From the NCBI GenBank assembly GCA_036667395.1, contig JAVWUC010000005.1, forward strand, positions 1,870 through 65,869: a DNA stretch of 64,000 bases, read 5' to 3'. The position numbers were made by a program, and so were the translations under genes. The stretch comes from Cetobacterium sp. (lineage in GTDB: Bacteria > Fusobacteriota > Fusobacteriia > Fusobacteriales > Fusobacteriaceae). Below the pieces are notes generated by a model. That model was not told where the DNA came from, searched no databases, and saw only the letters and a program-made list of their open reading frames with translations. Shown piece by piece: positions 62,005-64,000 of the stretch; positions within the stretch are counted from its first letter, which is position 1, and each line of letters opens with the position of its first letter.

Positions 62005-63036
62005 CTAGATAGAAACTTCTCCACAAATAGAGGTCTCCATATGAATTTTAATCTCTTCTTTAGATAAATTTTTTCCAATAAGATACATAAGTTTAGTTAT
62101 AGCTGCTTCAGGAGTCATATCTCCACCACTAATAACACCTAAGCTTTTTAAAGCACTACTAGCCTCGTATAGTCCCATTTTTACAGCTCCAGTAGCACAT
62201 TGAGTAACATTCACAACAGCTACATCTTTACTCATGATATCTTTAAGAGTATCTATAAAAGATTCAGAAGTAGGAGCATTACCATTACCATATGTCTTTA
62301 AAATGATTCCTTTTATTTCAGGATGAGCATCAACAATTGTCTTTATATATACAGGGTTAAATCCAGGAAAGATTTCAATAATTATAACATTATTATTGAT
62401 TGAAGGATCTATATAAAACTCTTCTTTAGGCATATCTAGAACTTTTTTGTCATTGATATTAATTTCGCAACCAATTTCGCCAAGAGCTCTATAGTTTGGA
62501 GAAGAGAATCCAAAATAGTTTGTAGCGTCAATTTTTCTAGCACGATTTCCTCTTAAAAGCTCATCTCTAAAGCAGATAGTAACTTCAGGAATGTTTTTAA
62601 CCCCATAAATCCTATTTCCAGCAATTTGAATTGATGTTATAAGGTTTTGAAGAGCATCACTTCTTGGTGTAATTAAAGGAACTTGAGAACCAGTTATAAC
62701 AACAGGTTTATCCAAATTTTTTAACATAAATGAAAGAGCAGATGCTGTGAAAGCCATAGTATCTGTTCCATGTAAAATAACGAAACCTCTATATGTGTAA
62801 TAGTTTTTTTCTATAATTTTCGTAACCTCAATCCAAAGATCAGGATTCATATCAGAAGAATCAATAAGAGTAGGTATTTGGCAATAATCTGTAGGAAATC
62901 TTTCCAAAATAGGATGATTTTTGGCAACTTCAAACCAACTTTTAGCTGGTCTTAAAGGACTATTTAAATCATTTTCATCACTATTAACCATACCAATTGT
63001 TCCACCAGTATTTATGATTAATATTTTTTCAAGCAT
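62005..63036 (-). CDS. ansA: Type I (cytoplasmic) L-asparaginase
   Basis: INTGGTIGM with the catalytic Thr, and the HGTDTM motif. No signal peptide. 343 aa. Confidence 0.9.
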   Translation of the reverse strand: MLEKILIINTGGTIGMVNSDENDLNSPLRPAKSWFEVAKNHPILERFPTDYCQIPTLIDSSDMNPDLWIEVTKIIEKNYYTYRGFVILHGTDTMAFTASALSFMLKNLDKPVVITGSQVPLITPRSDALQNLITSIQIAGNRIYGVKNIPEVTICFRDELLRGNRARKIDATNYFGFSSPNYRALGEIGCEININDKKVLDMPKEEFYIDPSINNNVIIIEIFPGFNPVYIKTIVDAHPEIKGIILKTYGNGNAPTSESFIDTLKDIMSKDVAVVNVTQCATGAVKMGLYEASSALKSLGVISGGDMTPEAAITKLMYLIGKNLSKEEIKIHMETSICGEVSI

Positions 63037-63056
63037 TACAAACCCCCTTGTAAAAT

Positions 63057-63092
63057 GAATCCCCTAGTTACCTAGGGGATTCTTGTTTTTTT
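63057..63092. terminator. Hairpin terminator downstream of purA
   Basis: GAATCCCCTAG / CTAGGGGATTC 11-bp stem. The T-run (TTGTTTTTTT) is on the plus-strand side, and only ATTTTA follows on the minus strand. Confidence 0.6.
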
Positions 63093-64000
63093 AGATATCT
63101 TTTAAGAAGATATTTTGAGTTCTATCAGGACCAACTGAAACAACAGTTATTTGACAACCTAAGTACTCTTCAACTCTAGCAAGATATTTTTTACAGTTTT
63201 CAGGTAACTCATCATAATTTTTCATTTGAGAGATATCCTCTGTCCAACCAGGTAACTCTTCGTATACAGGAGTAGCGAAAGCTAATTTCTCAGTAGCTGC
63301 AGGAACAGTAGTATATACTTTTCCATCAATTTCATATCCAGTACAAATTTTAAGAGTATCTAAACCGCTTAGAACGTCGATTTTAGTTATAACAACATCT
63401 GTTAAACCATTGATATCAACAGCATATTTACCAACAACTAAATCTAACCAACCACATCTTCTTGGTCTTCCAGTTGTAGCTCCGAATTCTCCACCAATTT
63501 GTCTAATTTTTTCTCCTAAATCATTGTTTAATTCAGTAACGAAAGGCCCTTCTCCAACTCTTGTTGTATAAGCTTTCATAACTCCGATTATTTTATCAAT
63601 TTTTCTAGGTGAAACTCCTGCTCCAGTAGTAACTCCTCCACTTGTAGGTGATGAAGAAGTAACGTATGGATATGTTCCGTAGTTAATATCAAGCATCATA
63701 GCTTGAGCTCCTTCAAATAGAACAAACTTATCGTCGTCTAAAGCTTTATTGATTTCAGGAGTAGCATCAATGATTCTATGCTTTAATCTCTCAGCATAAC
63801 CTTTATAGTCTTCAAAAATATCTTCAAACTTCATTTCAGGAGCATCATATATTTTTGTGAAAAGCTCATTTTTTTCTTCTAAGTTCATCTTTAATTTTTT
63901 AGCAAATAATTCCATATCTAAAAGCTCAACAGCTCTAATTCCAACTCTAGAGAATTTATCAGAGTAACAAGGCCCAATACCTCTTTTTGTAGTACCAATC
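63091..64000 (-). CDS. purA: Adenylosuccinate synthase, C-terminal part (N-terminus lies beyond the window)
   Basis: The reading frame stays open to the window edge (…IGTTKRGIGPCYSDKFSRVGIRAVELL… precedes the Met chosen by the track). Motifs GTTGRG-like, FEGAQ, TGRPRRCGW. Confidence 0.9.
   Translation of the reverse strand, partial: IGTTKRGIGPCYSDKFSRVGIRAVELLDMELFAKKLKMNLEEKNELFTKIYDAPEMKFEDIFEDYKGYAERLKHRIIDATPEINKALDDDKFVLFEGAQAMMLDINYGTYPYVTSSSPTSGGVTTGAGVSPRKIDKIIGVMKAYTTRVGEGPFVTELNNDLGEKIRQIGGEFGATTGRPRRCGWLDLVVGKYAVDINGLTDVVITKIDVLSGLDTLKICTGYEIDGKVYTTVPAATEKLAFATPVYEELPGWTEDISQMKNYDELPENCKKYLARVEEYLGCQITVVSVGPDRTQNIFLKDI

Noticed and set aside
63057-63092. A strong plus-strand terminator (hairpin + T7) with no plus-strand gene upstream.
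   Set aside because: It is most simply the purA (minus-strand) terminator hairpin, whose A-run on that strand appears as a T-run on the plus strand. It may also block antisense read-through, but nothing else supports a hidden plus-strand transcript.

Overview
An AT-rich window that reads as core chromosome of a low-GC diderm anaerobe, most plausibly Fusobacteriota (Fusobacterium/Cetobacterium-like). That guess rests only on gene content and codon style. I call about 60 protein genes, nearly all housekeeping.

Main blocks:
- Fatty-acid, lysine and shikimate steps: fabG, dapF, aroK, aroQ, accB.
- C4-dicarboxylate metabolism: a two-subunit class-I fumarase plus malic enzyme.
- An amino-acid and purine uptake region: a guanine-riboswitch-controlled NCS2 permease, two diverged brnQ paralogues in inverted orientation, an AGCS alanine/glycine symporter and an FNT channel.
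- An outer-membrane biogenesis block, tamB-bamA-skp-lpxD, fused downstream of ktrBA-mnmG-rsmG.
- A trimeric HydCBA [FeFe]-hydrogenase of the electron-bifurcating type.
- A tightly packed 12-gene housekeeping array: M20 peptidase, mreC, recO, EIIA, nrdR, aroQ, fmt, rex, folD, ACT-domain protein, accB.
- apt-rel-tgt, then ansA and a partial purA at the right edge.

I saw no rRNA, tRNA, CRISPR array, transposase, integrase or recognisable defence or toxin module. There is no non-coding gap larger than about 300 nt. I found no convincing novel multi-gene system.

The least ordinary element is a 281-aa regulator at 13650-14495. It has RHH-like N-terminal motifs followed by WYL- and WCX-like regions, and it sits inside a transporter operon. 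A tandem AGTACTTA repeat in the neighbouring divergent promoter region may be related. The other findings are modest context oddities. All coordinates and motifs were read by eye; no searches or folding calculations were run.
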